Part shown: positions 18,952-28,643 of the stretch, piece by piece | Numbering within the stretch: the stretch's first letter is position 1 | Layout: every line of letters begins with the position of its first letter | Origin: an uncultured Methanoregulaceae archaeon | Lineage (GTDB): Archaea; Halobacteriota; Methanomicrobia; Methanomicrobiales; Methanospirillaceae | Direction: 5' to 3' | Length of the DNA: 64,000 nucleotides | Assembly (NCBI GenBank): GCA_963701095.1 | Contig: OY969564.1 | Location: 2,336,001-2,400,000 of the forward strand | Notes under the pieces: generated by a model | What the model saw: only the letters and a program-made list of their open reading frames with translations | Told to the model about the DNA's origin: nothing | The model's database searches: none | Position numbers and translations under genes: made by a program

Positions 18952-20223
18952 TTATTCGGATGAGTTTAGCATTTTATATATTTTTTGGGCAATCCCCTCT
19001 GCCATCAATGGTGGAACAGCATTCCCTATCTGAACATATTTTGCAGATCGTGGTCCTTCAAAGAGATAATCATCAGGGAAAGACTGGATTCGTGCCGCTT
19101 CCCTTACCGTTAGTGATCGTGCTTGGGTTATATCGGGATGAATAAAATAATGACCATCTTTCGCTAGATGAGCAAGAATAGCATGAGAAACAGAATTTTT
19201 GTCTACCACCTTATATCGATCAAGAAATGCACCACGGTTTCGATGGGTTTTGAGTTCTTCCGGAAGATCATTATAATTTAATCTTTGACCGGATTTATCC
19301 CATTTTTTTATTACGATGCGATAAATTTCCCGATCTCTCTCGTTATGCCACCTTGCCTGATGATGGCGGACTTTACCGATTTCAGTTCTCATTTCTTTAT
19401 CGATTAGATATTTTGATTGGCGGCCTGTTCTGTAAGATTGTATACCATCATTGCCCTCACCGGCTTGGAGTCGGGGCAGATCAATGAGAAGATCTTTCAC
19501 TGTACCGGTATGTCTTTTACATGGAAATTCCGGATAACTGAAATCATCCTCTTTCCTCCAGCCAATGAAAATTATTCGCTGTCTGTCCTGCATCACTTCA
19601 AAATTTGATGCATTGAGAACATGAGCAGTTTTATCCAGATGATATCCGAGTCGGGAACATCCATTTATTACATCATTGAAAATAGTTCCTTTTTTCGCGC
19701 TGATGAGGCCGGGAACATTTTCAAAAATGAAAAGCCGTGGCTGAAACTCCTTTAAAAACTGATGATAATGCCGGTAAAGGTAATTTCTTGGATCATTCTC
19801 TGATTTCTTCCCGTTTTTTCCCCGACCAGCAAGAGAATAGGATTGACAGGGAGGCCCCCCGATAATGACATCAACATCAGATCGGTGATAACAGTTTTTC
19901 AGTGTCGATTTAAGATCTGCAATAATGGAATTATTTGCAGAATCTGATAACATTCTATTTATGACCCGTGGGGATTCGAACCCCTCCTCTTCTGACATTT
20001 GAATAAATTGCTCACGGTCAATTTCTCCCCGATAATATTGATTATAAAGAGCCGTTTTTCCGGCATCTTTGAGATTGTGATACAATATCCGAGTTTCCAG
20101 TGTATCGGCAGCATTTTTATCCATCTCGATGTGGCCTAGGAAATCAAAAGAATGCCGAACAAATCCTTCAGTTAGTCCCCCGCCTCCGGAGAACATATCG
20201 AGAACAAGAAACTTTGAAGGCAT
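18952..20223 (-). CDS. dcm: DNA (cytosine-5)-methyltransferase
   Basis: DMFSGGGG, GGPPCQ, FENVPG, QDRQR, REAARIQSFPD, QIGNAVPP. Confidence 0.96.
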   Translation of the reverse strand: MPSKFLVLDMFSGGGGLTEGFVRHSFDFLGHIEMDKNAADTLETRILYHNLKDAGKTALYNQYYRGEIDREQFIQMSEEEGFESPRVINRMLSDSANNSIIADLKSTLKNCYHRSDVDVIIGGPPCQSYSLAGRGKNGKKSENDPRNYLYRHYHQFLKEFQPRLFIFENVPGLISAKKGTIFNDVINGCSRLGYHLDKTAHVLNASNFEVMQDRQRIIFIGWRKEDDFSYPEFPCKRHTGTVKDLLIDLPRLQAGEGNDGIQSYRTGRQSKYLIDKEMRTEIGKVRHHQARWHNERDREIYRIVIKKWDKSGQRLNYNDLPEELKTHRNRGAFLDRYKVVDKNSVSHAILAHLAKDGHYFIHPDITQARSLTVREAARIQSFPDDYLFEGPRSAKYVQIGNAVPPLMAEGIAQKIYKMLNSSE

Positions 20224-20507
20224 TGTCTAGTTGTTTTTGCCAGGATTGATATTAATTGTGACTGTTTAAATTAATGGAAAAATCACTAACTGTGTTGTTA
20301 ATGTTCAGTGAAAGAGGATAATATTTGGTCATCCCAGCCACCCTATCAGGCACGCCATATATTTCCCGGACTAAGTTAGGAAAACAAAAACATTCCTTCT
20401 GCTTTCTCCCGGATGATCAGTTTGTTTTGTTCCAGTTTCGACAAGATGGTCTTGTCGAGTTTCATTAGCTGCCTGCTCTGGACGCCGCGTTTTTTCTCTC
20501 ACTCAAC

Positions 20508-20741
20508 TTAAGAGAATAACGTCTCGAACCCTTGCACATGCTGGTCCCGGAGAACTTCAAAGATATCTTTAGTTCTCATTGGTTTATCCTTCTTGTATAG
20601 GAACATGAGGATATACTTCCCATTTTCACCGGGCTGCATAAATGCAAAGTTAACTACCTCATTCACATCAGGAGTCTGGCAGATACTGCACCCGTGAAGG
20701 TTGACCTCTTCTCGGTCCGGCAAAATCCTTTGCCATAACAC
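20508..20741 (-). CDS. Hypothetical protein downstream of terminase, possibly a broken wHTH gene extending to ~20375
   Basis: ILMFLYKKDKPMRTKDIFEVL resembles wHTH helices; a downstream fragment reads MKLDKTILSKLEQNKLIIREK. Confidence 0.35.
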   Translation of the reverse strand: MLWQRILPDREEVNLHGCSICQTPDVNEVVNFAFMQPGENGKYILMFLYKKDKPMRTKDIFEVLRDQHVQGFETLFS

Positions 20742-20800
20742 AGTAAAGGTTAACGTCGTGCGACATCGCAGCCATCGTCATTCCCCCGCCTTCTGTCCTA

Positions 20801-22837
20801 TCAATGCGCTTGTCCTGGGAGGATGAAGGTTAAGGCATTCCTGTCTTCGGAAAAATCATCGTCCCATTCAGAATGTCGCCAGTAGTCATCGAGATCCCGG
20901 GTCTTCAGGTACGAAGAGTAGATCTTGTACGCAAGGTTAGCGATCATGTCTGGTCCCTCGCTGTTCGTCACCAGCCCGCTGCCCGGGTGACTGAATGTGA
21001 ATTTGTCGCCGGTCCACCGCTTCTGCAGCGCTTTCATTTCCGCAAGCAGCCGTTCATCGGCGGGGTACTTGATCTGCCCTTCGCGCATACGCTCCTCAAG
21101 GTTTTCGTATATCTGCATCTTGTGTTCCGGCGTGTACGGGGTTTCCTTCAGCCCGAAATCAAGGGCAAAGCGCTGCCTGACTATGCCGGTCGCATGCTCA
21201 TCATGAACTAGGGTTTGGACGCGGTATCCTTCGCACAGGAGATTGATATCGTACAGTGCCTTTTTCCAGTTGAGCTGGTTATCCTCCGGCAGCCAGTACC
21301 GGACCAGGTCAATAATGACCGAATCGCCTTCCATGTGACCGATGCAGAACCAAAGGACATCTCTGCGCCGGCTCGTACCAAGGGCTCCCTGATACTTGTC
21401 TGAGTACGTAAACGAAAACCACGATTCCTGCTGGCTGTTGCGGTCGACGAGTCCCGGGGAAAACATTGCATTCCGATCAGCGTTGTTTACCCCGAACGTC
21501 AGCATTAACGCATCAGCTCTATCAGGGCTGGACAAGCCCCGGCGTTTCATATCGTCTTTACTCTCGATCAGGATCTGTCCCCGGCTGTTGACCTTGTACC
21601 GGATGCCGGCCAGCTGGGTAACCAGAGCCTCATCATCAGGGATAGTGATATCACCAGACTCAAACCGGGACCGGAGAGCAAACCACCATTCAGCCCGGGC
21701 GTTCCCATACCGTTCCTTATTCTGGGCCGCAGAGCCGCTCTGCATCTCCACGACTGAAATCTTCTGCTCGTTAAGCCGGTCGAAGACACCGGCACCGACA
21801 CCAACACTATCGATCTTTGCAATGGTCGACCCCGTCTCACGCATGGCAAAAATAATCTCCCCGGCAGTGGTCATGGTATCGGACATCGGCAGCACCTTCC
21901 AGATCCGGGCCGCAGATCCCTGCCGGAGCATGATAACAGTCTCATCTCCACCGAACCGGGCAACATCAACACCGAGCTCCACCGGCTCCGTTGCATCAAG
22001 ATTCCGGTCAACCGCAGCCTCAATCCAGTGCAGAGGGATCAGGGTATTATCGCCAGAAGACGGGAACTGTGCAAGCACCTTGGAATGATACAGTGGTGAA
22101 TCGGTACCCCACTGCTTCACGCGGTCAGATACCCAGCCCGGCGAAACCAGGTACGGGGCTGGAAGACTGCCGGTAACCTTAGTCCCCCACGTACCGCTAA
22201 TGATATCCTGTTCCGTAATACCAAACCTGGTAAAGTTCGGGGTATCGTACGCCGATATCGTGATCTTCGATGCATGGGAGTTAGATGAAAACTCTTTGTA
22301 AAACCGGCCCGATGGGTTCAGCGGGTTACCTATCATCAGGAGACGAGATTCATCCGAGGTGAGCACACCATCAATTGCATCGAAAATATCTTCCGAGACA
22401 CCGCTGGACTCATCAGCGACTACGAGGATAAACGGTGCATGGAATCCCTGGAACTTATCACCGGCATGTTCCGGAGAGGTGAATCCCATCGCAAACCAGT
22501 CGTTACTGATCTTAAGTTCCTGCATCAGGCATTCCCCGTCTAACGGCACTTTTGCCCGCTGGAAACCAGCCCGGATCTCTTTCCAGAGGATCCCGGCAAC
22601 TTGGCGGTCGGTCGGGGCGGTCGTGATGACGATCGATTGAGGATGGTTGTACAAAAACCACAGCGAAGCATCGGCGGCAACGAAGGATTTCCCTGCAGCA
22701 TGACAACTTTTTACCGCAGTCACTTTATGATCCCGGATGCTTTCGAGGATTTGCACCTGCTTTTCCCATGGAGTATGGCCGAGCACTTCGCGTACCCAGA
22801 GCCCGGGGTCGAGAAGGTACCGGATTGCGCTTGTCAA
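20801..22837 (-). CDS. terL: Terminase large subunit with an additional C-terminal RNase H-like domain
   Basis: Walker A SCHAAGKS, Walker B ILVVADES, MIGNP, nuclease GVDVARFGGDE...SPDRADAL; likely TTG start at 22837 after GGAGGTG. Confidence 0.88.
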   Translation of the reverse strand: MTSAIRYLLDPGLWVREVLGHTPWEKQVQILESIRDHKVTAVKSCHAAGKSFVAADASLWFLYNHPQSIVITTAPTDRQVAGILWKEIRAGFQRAKVPLDGECLMQELKISNDWFAMGFTSPEHAGDKFQGFHAPFILVVADESSGVSEDIFDAIDGVLTSDESRLLMIGNPLNPSGRFYKEFSSNSHASKITISAYDTPNFTRFGITEQDIISGTWGTKVTGSLPAPYLVSPGWVSDRVKQWGTDSPLYHSKVLAQFPSSGDNTLIPLHWIEAAVDRNLDATEPVELGVDVARFGGDETVIMLRQGSAARIWKVLPMSDTMTTAGEIIFAMRETGSTIAKIDSVGVGAGVFDRLNEQKISVVEMQSGSAAQNKERYGNARAEWWFALRSRFESGDITIPDDEALVTQLAGIRYKVNSRGQILIESKDDMKRRGLSSPDRADALMLTFGVNNADRNAMFSPGLVDRNSQQESWFSFTYSDKYQGALGTSRRRDVLWFCIGHMEGDSVIIDLVRYWLPEDNQLNWKKALYDINLLCEGYRVQTLVHDEHATGIVRQRFALDFGLKETPYTPEHKMQIYENLEERMREGQIKYPADERLLAEMKALQKRWTGDKFTFSHPGSGLVTNSEGPDMIANLAYKIYSSYLKTRDLDDYWRHSEWDDDFSEDRNALTFILPGQAH

Positions 22838-22874
22838 AGCATGCACCTCCGGAACACCAAAAAATGCCCCGACA

Positions 22875-23369
22875 TCATATCCCCGCCTCCTCAAGCGCGG
22901 CCAAAAGTTCAGCATGGATTTCGGGATGTTTCGATAAAATACGCATGAGAACCGGCCACTCCGGGGACGTTGTAATAGTCTGGACGCCGACATTTACTTG
23001 GACGGCAGTCTGGTTTCTGGCATTCAGCTCCCCGGTAACCTGTCCCAGCAGCTCTACACAACCCCGGGCTTCCCGGATCGCACTTATTGCTGTCCGCAGG
23101 TCGCCGGCTGTCTCTGCCTTGTTCATGTACGAGATCGATTTGCTGAGGAGACCTTTTGTCCACTTTAGGAGATCCTCTCCATTGGCGATCTGTCGTGCCT
23201 CTTCAGCTTTTGCGACAGATGCCGAAATGTGACCAGCTTTTTGATGATCGTAGAGGCTGCTTTTCGTGGCACCGAATTGTTTAGCGATAGTCCGGAGGGA
23301 TGTACCTCTGATAATTTCCTGATCAATTTCTGTGCGACTTTTGTGTGCACAAATACAACATTTTTTCAT
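22875..23369 (-). CDS. Putative terminase small subunit (Cys/His + HTH N-terminus, helical C-terminus)
   Basis: CCICAH..R.EID..I..G.SLR.IAKQFG..KSSL..H; sits immediately upstream of terL. Confidence 0.65.
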   Translation of the reverse strand: MKKCCICAHKSRTEIDQEIIRGTSLRTIAKQFGATKSSLYDHQKAGHISASVAKAEEARQIANGEDLLKWTKGLLSKSISYMNKAETAGDLRTAISAIREARGCVELLGQVTGELNARNQTAVQVNVGVQTITTSPEWPVLMRILSKHPEIHAELLAALEEAGI

Positions 23370-23694
23370 TAAATCAACTCTTTTACAAAACACCCGGATT
23401 GCAAGTTGTAATCATACGAATACTATCAGGATCATTTTCCCGCGCATTGCCCGTCGAATGGAAAGTTCAGGTCGAAATACAAGAGCCTGAACTTCAAGGA
23501 AAAAGATGAGAAAAGCGCCTTTGTAATCGACAATGTCAAGCTGAAAACCGGGCATCGAATACGTTGGCGTTCCAGAAAATTATAAAGGTAAAATGAAATT
23601 CGGCAAAAACAAAAAAAAAGAGAAGAATCGATAAAAGAGGAATATATCAGGTTTTTTGCGGATTGCTCAAAATGCTCAACTATATTTCAGGGTA

Positions 23695-23734
23695 AGCCCA
23701 CGCGGCACAGGGCAGCGAGCCCCGTTTGAGCGTC
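23695..23734 (-). repeat. Dispersed hairpin repeat copy D (inverted orientation)
   Basis: Reverse complement GACGCTCAAACGGGGCTCGCTGCCCTGTGCCGCGTGGGCT. Confidence 0.8.
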
Positions 23735-23933
23735 TCCTGCCTCTAAAATACCGGCCGGCCCCCATTATTCCTCAATGTGCGACAATGAATAAACAGGATT
23801 CATATTTCATGGCTGGCTTTTCCCTGAAGTAATCTTTTAACCACACGTAACGTGCAAACACCGGATTTTAGATGCAGAATGTATTGATTTCAATTTTGGT
23901 ATATAAAAAAATAAATGATAAAACTGTGATTAA

Positions 23934-24572
23934 GTGAATTGTATGGTACCAGATAAGAACAGTGGCAATCAGGGGTCGGAGAAACCAGGGGACCACATCT
24001 TATTCGCATACTTGTGTAACCGACAAAAACAAATGAGTGATGATTTTAATGCAATGGATCAGAAATTCGCACAAATTATTGCCTTTAACGGCGTAATATT
24101 GGCGGTTCTCATTATTGGGATAGATCCAGCGAAAGCGGCACATTTTCCCGTTTGCCTGGGAGGAATAGTAATAATTTTCGCAAGTGCGTTTCTTTCAGGA
24201 ATTGTGTACTCCCCTAAAAAATATGACGATGGTCTTGAAAATTTCTGGACAGGATGGAATGATAGTAAAAATGATTCCCGGGGGGATACGCCACGCCCGA
24301 ACAAATTAATGAGACTGTTCTTTCCAAAAAAACGAAATGTTAATGAAAGACAGAAGTTTCCTGTTTATTCATTAGATGAGATATACAGGCCGGAAGAGAA
24401 CAACGAGGTTGTTCCACAACCAGAATTGGGAGAGATAGATACCTATAACAAATTGTTATTAAACTCAATCATCAACAATTCAAACCTGAATGATGACAAA
24501 GCCGATATTTTTGGAGTTGTTTTACTGCTCCTTTTCGTGGGTTTGGCTTTTGTGATACTAGGGTATTATTAA
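23934..24572 (+). CDS. Hypothetical membrane protein (3 TM)
   Basis: 212 aa ORF; two N-terminal and one C-terminal hydrophobic segments. Confidence 0.7.
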   Translation: MNCMVPDKNSGNQGSEKPGDHILFAYLCNRQKQMSDDFNAMDQKFAQIIAFNGVILAVLIIGIDPAKAAHFPVCLGGIVIIFASAFLSGIVYSPKKYDDGLENFWTGWNDSKNDSRGDTPRPNKLMRLFFPKKRNVNERQKFPVYSLDEIYRPEENNEVVPQPELGEIDTYNKLLLNSIINNSNLNDDKADIFGVVLLLLFVGLAFVILGYY

Positions 24573-24655
24573 CATTTTAATGAAGGATGAACTTTGGTCC
24601 AGTCAACTGGCTTTGCCATTTCGGCAAAATCAAAAAGGAAAAGAGTGGGATTGGA

Positions 24656-25743
24656 TTAACGGGTTTTTGGGATACCGAACAGGGTAAAACATCCCAGTTT
24701 CTGGCAGGTGGTAAACAAATCCATGCCCGGGGCTACCAGACCCGGCAAACCAAACATACCGATTATATAATACGCGGCTGCAAGACAAACGATGCCAAAA
24801 CCTGCACCCAGTACCATCCCGGCCGCCGAATACGGGCGATAAGGAATAACCTGGTCGTTTGTCTTTCGAGCCGCTGAGTACGCGTAATACACGCCGTAGA
24901 GCCAGATAAGGATGCCAGGGACAACGGAGAACATCAGTCCCACACCGGTGCCAGAGCTATTACCATGCCCTCATCGGATCGTCCGTTGTATGCCTGGCCA
25001 AGCCCCGGGATAACCAGCGAGAGGACAGCAGCATTCTGCGGGTTTTTGTAATAAGAGTCAGTGTCCGGGGTTTCCTGCAGGGATTGTTCCCGTATATACG
25101 TACTGAGTTTTGCGATGATCTGCTCGTTCTGGCCGGTGTCAATCCCTATCCATCTGCGACGTGGTCGGAACAGGTATTGTGAAAGGGATCCGTTGTTTGG
25201 AACATGAACACTGGTGTAAACGCTCTGAATTTGTATCAGGCTTGAGTTCATGCCTTTCTTCTCAATGGTGAACCTTACCATGCTGATCCCACCATTGAGC
25301 GTTTCAGTAGTGGCATGAACCGTGCCGGTATCAGGATTCGCATTAATAATTTTTGCAGAAGGAAGTAACGGGACCGCGAGTTTGCAGAGAAGAAATGCCC
25401 GTTCAAACGGGACAGCGATTTCCAGGTCACTTTCCCGCAGGAAATATTTGTCGCCCAGGGACTGCCAGTCATTGACCTGGTGCTGTCTGTTCTCTGCATA
25501 TTTTGTACGATTGTAGTAAAAGTATACGAGGAGACAGACGAAGATAAGGAAGCAGCCAGTGACAACCTCTGTATTCAGAATTGGAGGAAGTTCCGGGCCA
25601 GAAAAAGAACTCAGGCCAATCCTGTGGTAGTAATTCAGGCTAATCAGGATAGAAATTAAATAGATGACTATACCGCAGATGATGAGGAGGAAAAAAGCAA
25701 TTATTATTTTTCGTTTTGAGGATTCCTGCACTGCTGTACTCAT
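24656..25743 (-). CDS. Membrane protein with C-terminal TM2-like domain, frameshift near 24945
   Basis: KNPQNAAVLSLVIPGLGQAYNG continues in another frame as ILIWLYGVYYAY. Confidence 0.65.
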
Positions 25744-25915
25744 AATATAACCAAAGAATTTTTAATCGGATATTATATAAAAAGACTTGATTTTTGAAAG
25801 AGATCAGCACATGAATCCGGCAACAATAAAAAGAGAGGAATTTGAAAAAAGGCTTAGGATAAAAGGGTTTATGAAGGATGTACTATCTCGATTTCAGGTG
25901 ATATTGCCGGATTAA

Positions 25916-26440
25916 TTATTCCGTCGTATCTATCTTATTAATATCAACCACCATCTGTATTGTGTCGGAATTTTCAGTTATTCTTATAAATCCCCCATAT
26001 TTTTTATAGAACCGGATCGTTTTCGAATCTTTCTTTGCATCAACTTTAACGAAACGACATCCAATCCGTTCAGTCAGTCTGAATGCAAGGGCGAAAACCC
26101 GTTTAAGCATTTCACGTCCTACCCCCTGACTACGCATCCCGTCTTTTATTGCCATTCTGGCTAAAAGTAAAGCTGGATATTTATTGGGTGGATCCTCAAT
26201 TTCCAGCGATAATTTTTTCACCGAGTCTGATGTGATGCATCCCATAGAAAGTGAGAAAAACCCTACAAGATCGCTATCTGCATAGACAAGGTAGGTAGTG
26301 CTGATTTTTTCACGCTGCATGGTTTTTGCATCGCTTCGTAAAAAATCTTCCAGATCCCTGGAATCTGAACATGAAAATCCTGAAACGTCGGAATCATCGG
26401 ATAATTTTGAAAAAACGAGTGAATTAAGATCGATTGTCAT
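25916..26440 (-). CDS. GNAT acetyltransferase, toxin-like
   Basis: FSCS..DLEDFL, LVGFFSL, YPALLLARMAI, SQGVG, GCRFVKVDA, FYKKYG. Confidence 0.85.
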   Translation of the reverse strand: MTIDLNSLVFSKLSDDSDVSGFSCSDSRDLEDFLRSDAKTMQREKISTTYLVYADSDLVGFFSLSMGCITSDSVKKLSLEIEDPPNKYPALLLARMAIKDGMRSQGVGREMLKRVFALAFRLTERIGCRFVKVDAKKDSKTIRFYKKYGGFIRITENSDTIQMVVDINKIDTTE

Positions 26441-26447
26441 TTTGCAG

Positions 26448-26597
26448 TTACGGCCATTCTTTTGAGAGCTTGCGGGCTTCCCTGAAAACCGCCTGGCTCT
26501 GCGGGGTAAACTTTTGCTTTGGCGCACTGACGTACTTGTTGAACGCACATGCTTCTTCCCCCCGTAAAACTGTCTCTAATTCAATCTGTTTTGCCAT
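26448..26597 (-). CDS. Putative antitoxin (49 aa), not in ORF track
   Basis: MAKQIELETVLRGEEACAFNKYVSAPKQKFTPQSQAVFREARKLSKEWP*, ends 7 nt before the GNAT start. Confidence 0.6.
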   Translation of the reverse strand: MAKQIELETVLRGEEACAFNKYVSAPKQKFTPQSQAVFREARKLSKEWP

Positions 26598-26885
26598 AAC
26601 TGGTAACCTTTATACACGATTTATACACCCAATCAGATAAACCTACAGCATAGTAACATAGTTGAACCCCGGAAAAAGATTCATTTCCGTTCCTCCAGTA
26701 CAGGAAGATCGCACTGTATAAGCCGATTACTCCCATAGATGATCCGAATTTATCACGGTGATCGGAATGCGGTTCGCTGGAGAAAACCTGGCATTGGATA
26801 TATTAGTGTTTTATTGGGTTACGTCGGAGAATGAATTCGGCAAAATCGAGAGTAAAACGGATGGATTGGAAAAAGGGGTTGGAAT

Positions 26886-28403
26886 TCAGGGTTTCTTTTC
26901 CATTATAAGGTAAAGAGCAGCAAGGATAACGATAACAGCAATGGCGCCCGCGGTCACCACGGGTTCTCCTGGTGCTTCTGCCGGAGTTGGTGCAATTAAC
27001 GGGGAAAGGACAATAAGTTCCGGCGCATTTGAGACCGTCACGTGATAATTTCCCTGTGCGTCCGCATACATCACCGTTGTCTCGTTGAGCGCATACATGC
27101 CCGGTGCGGATGCATGGAGCGTGTACGAAAGACTGTAGGTCTCATGCGGTAAAAGGCCGGGGATCGTCCCTTCCGTCATTCCGCCAACAACCGGTAAAAT
27201 CGGCAGGGTCCCGTCTGCGATCTCGATATCGGAAACCGGCTCCGGTCCGGCATTGAACAGGGTTATCGTCACATTCGAATCCATTCCCTGTTTAATCGAC
27301 CATGGCGAAACTGATTTGTTTACCAGCACCTGGCTCCCGGCCGGATTGGTAACGACGGAAAGCGTGGTTCCCGTACCTGGTGATACCGTACCCAAATCCT
27401 TTGAATACCAGACACTGTTTCCCTGGTCTCCGTCAATAACCCACAACCGGTTATCAAAGAATACAGTGGAATAACCGTTTGCTTCTGCAAATGTAGCATT
27501 GTCCGTTACTTTTGTCCAGGTGACACCATCCGGTGAATACCAGACATCATCGTAGTAGGGATCGCCACTGTTCATATAATCTTTCAAGCCGCCGATCAAC
27601 CACATCCCGTTACCGGCAGTAACAAGGCCGAAATATCTGCGTTCCGGAAATGCCGCCGCTGGAGTGGCTGGTGTCCACGTAACACCATCTGTTGTTTCCC
27701 AGACATCATTGAAGTCGTTTCTCCAGTCAAAGCCCCCGGTCAACCATAATGTATTATTGAACGCAACCGTTTCAGGGTTCATGCGAGGAGAAAATGCAGC
27801 CGCTGCAGTTGCCTCTGTCCACGTAACGCCGTCCGGTGAATACCAGACGTCGTTATGGGTAATCCCGTCCTGGGTGCCACCAACTACCCAGATGTTGCCG
27901 TTGTATACCGCAATACCAAAATCCCACCGGCAGGCAAAGGGAGCGTTCGCGGTCGCCTCAGTCCAGGTGATCCCGTCAGAAGAATACCAGACATCGTTTA
28001 AGGGGTTCCTGCTTTGGGCATCTCTTCCGCCGATCACCCAGATTTTGTTGTCAAAGACAACGGAACCCTGGCCGTACCGTTTGCCAAACTGTGCGTTTGC
28101 GGTTACCTGTTTCCAGTTGGTGCCATCAGGAGAAGACCAGACATCGCTATAGTATACGGTGCTGTCCGGGTTCTCGCCTCCCATTACCCAGAGTGCATTG
28201 TTAAAAGTGACGGCAGACTGCGCAATCCTTGCAGAAAACGGGGTATGTGCAGTTGCCTCGGTCCATGCCAATGAGGGTGTACCCGCTGCTGATGCGACAG
28301 GGACAAAAGCACCCAGGAGAACAACAAACAGGCAACCGCAGAAAAGACTCATGCATTTTCTTTTGATGCGATCGTTATTTTTTATCAGTTTCAAAGAAGG
28401 CAT
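26886..28403 (-). CDS. Surface Kelch-like beta-propeller protein with Ig-like domain and C-terminal TM anchor
   Basis: ~6 repeats of F..R......F...IWV.GG......NDVW.S.DG..W; signal peptide; C-terminal TM. Confidence 0.85.
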   Translation of the reverse strand: MPSLKLIKNNDRIKRKCMSLFCGCLFVVLLGAFVPVASAAGTPSLAWTEATAHTPFSARIAQSAVTFNNALWVMGGENPDSTVYYSDVWSSPDGTNWKQVTANAQFGKRYGQGSVVFDNKIWVIGGRDAQSRNPLNDVWYSSDGITWTEATANAPFACRWDFGIAVYNGNIWVVGGTQDGITHNDVWYSPDGVTWTEATAAAAFSPRMNPETVAFNNTLWLTGGFDWRNDFNDVWETTDGVTWTPATPAAAFPERRYFGLVTAGNGMWLIGGLKDYMNSGDPYYDDVWYSPDGVTWTKVTDNATFAEANGYSTVFFDNRLWVIDGDQGNSVWYSKDLGTVSPGTGTTLSVVTNPAGSQVLVNKSVSPWSIKQGMDSNVTITLFNAGPEPVSDIEIADGTLPILPVVGGMTEGTIPGLLPHETYSLSYTLHASAPGMYALNETTVMYADAQGNYHVTVSNAPELIVLSPLIAPTPAEAPGEPVVTAGAIAVIVILAALYLIMEKKP

Positions 28404-28643
28404 GGTACCTCCAGGATCCTGTTTGTACTATTTCAGGAGCGGGCAGGATAAAGCTGGCGATCAACGCCTGAATTGAGGTGCTGAGGCGCAGGACCAACTC
28501 CATACGTATAGTGAGAAAACTGATGAACCGGAACGACGCATATACGTCCATGAAATTCAGGGTCCAGGTGGTGCCTGAGGAATGGGGAAGGTTTCTCCGT
28601 CTTTGTCCCTGGACTTTCATTCGTGAGGTGACCGATCCCTCCC

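Noticed and set aside
22838..22993. N-terminal 52 aa of the listed 730 aa TerL ORF
   Set aside because: Overlaps terS; a GGAGGTG SD favours the TTG start at 22837
20801..23369. Intact provirus
   Set aside because: No portal, capsid, tail, integrase or att/tRNA site recognisable
1357..23734. Hairpin repeats as a CRISPR array
   Set aside because: Copies are kilobases apart with genes between them; no regular spacers and no cas genes
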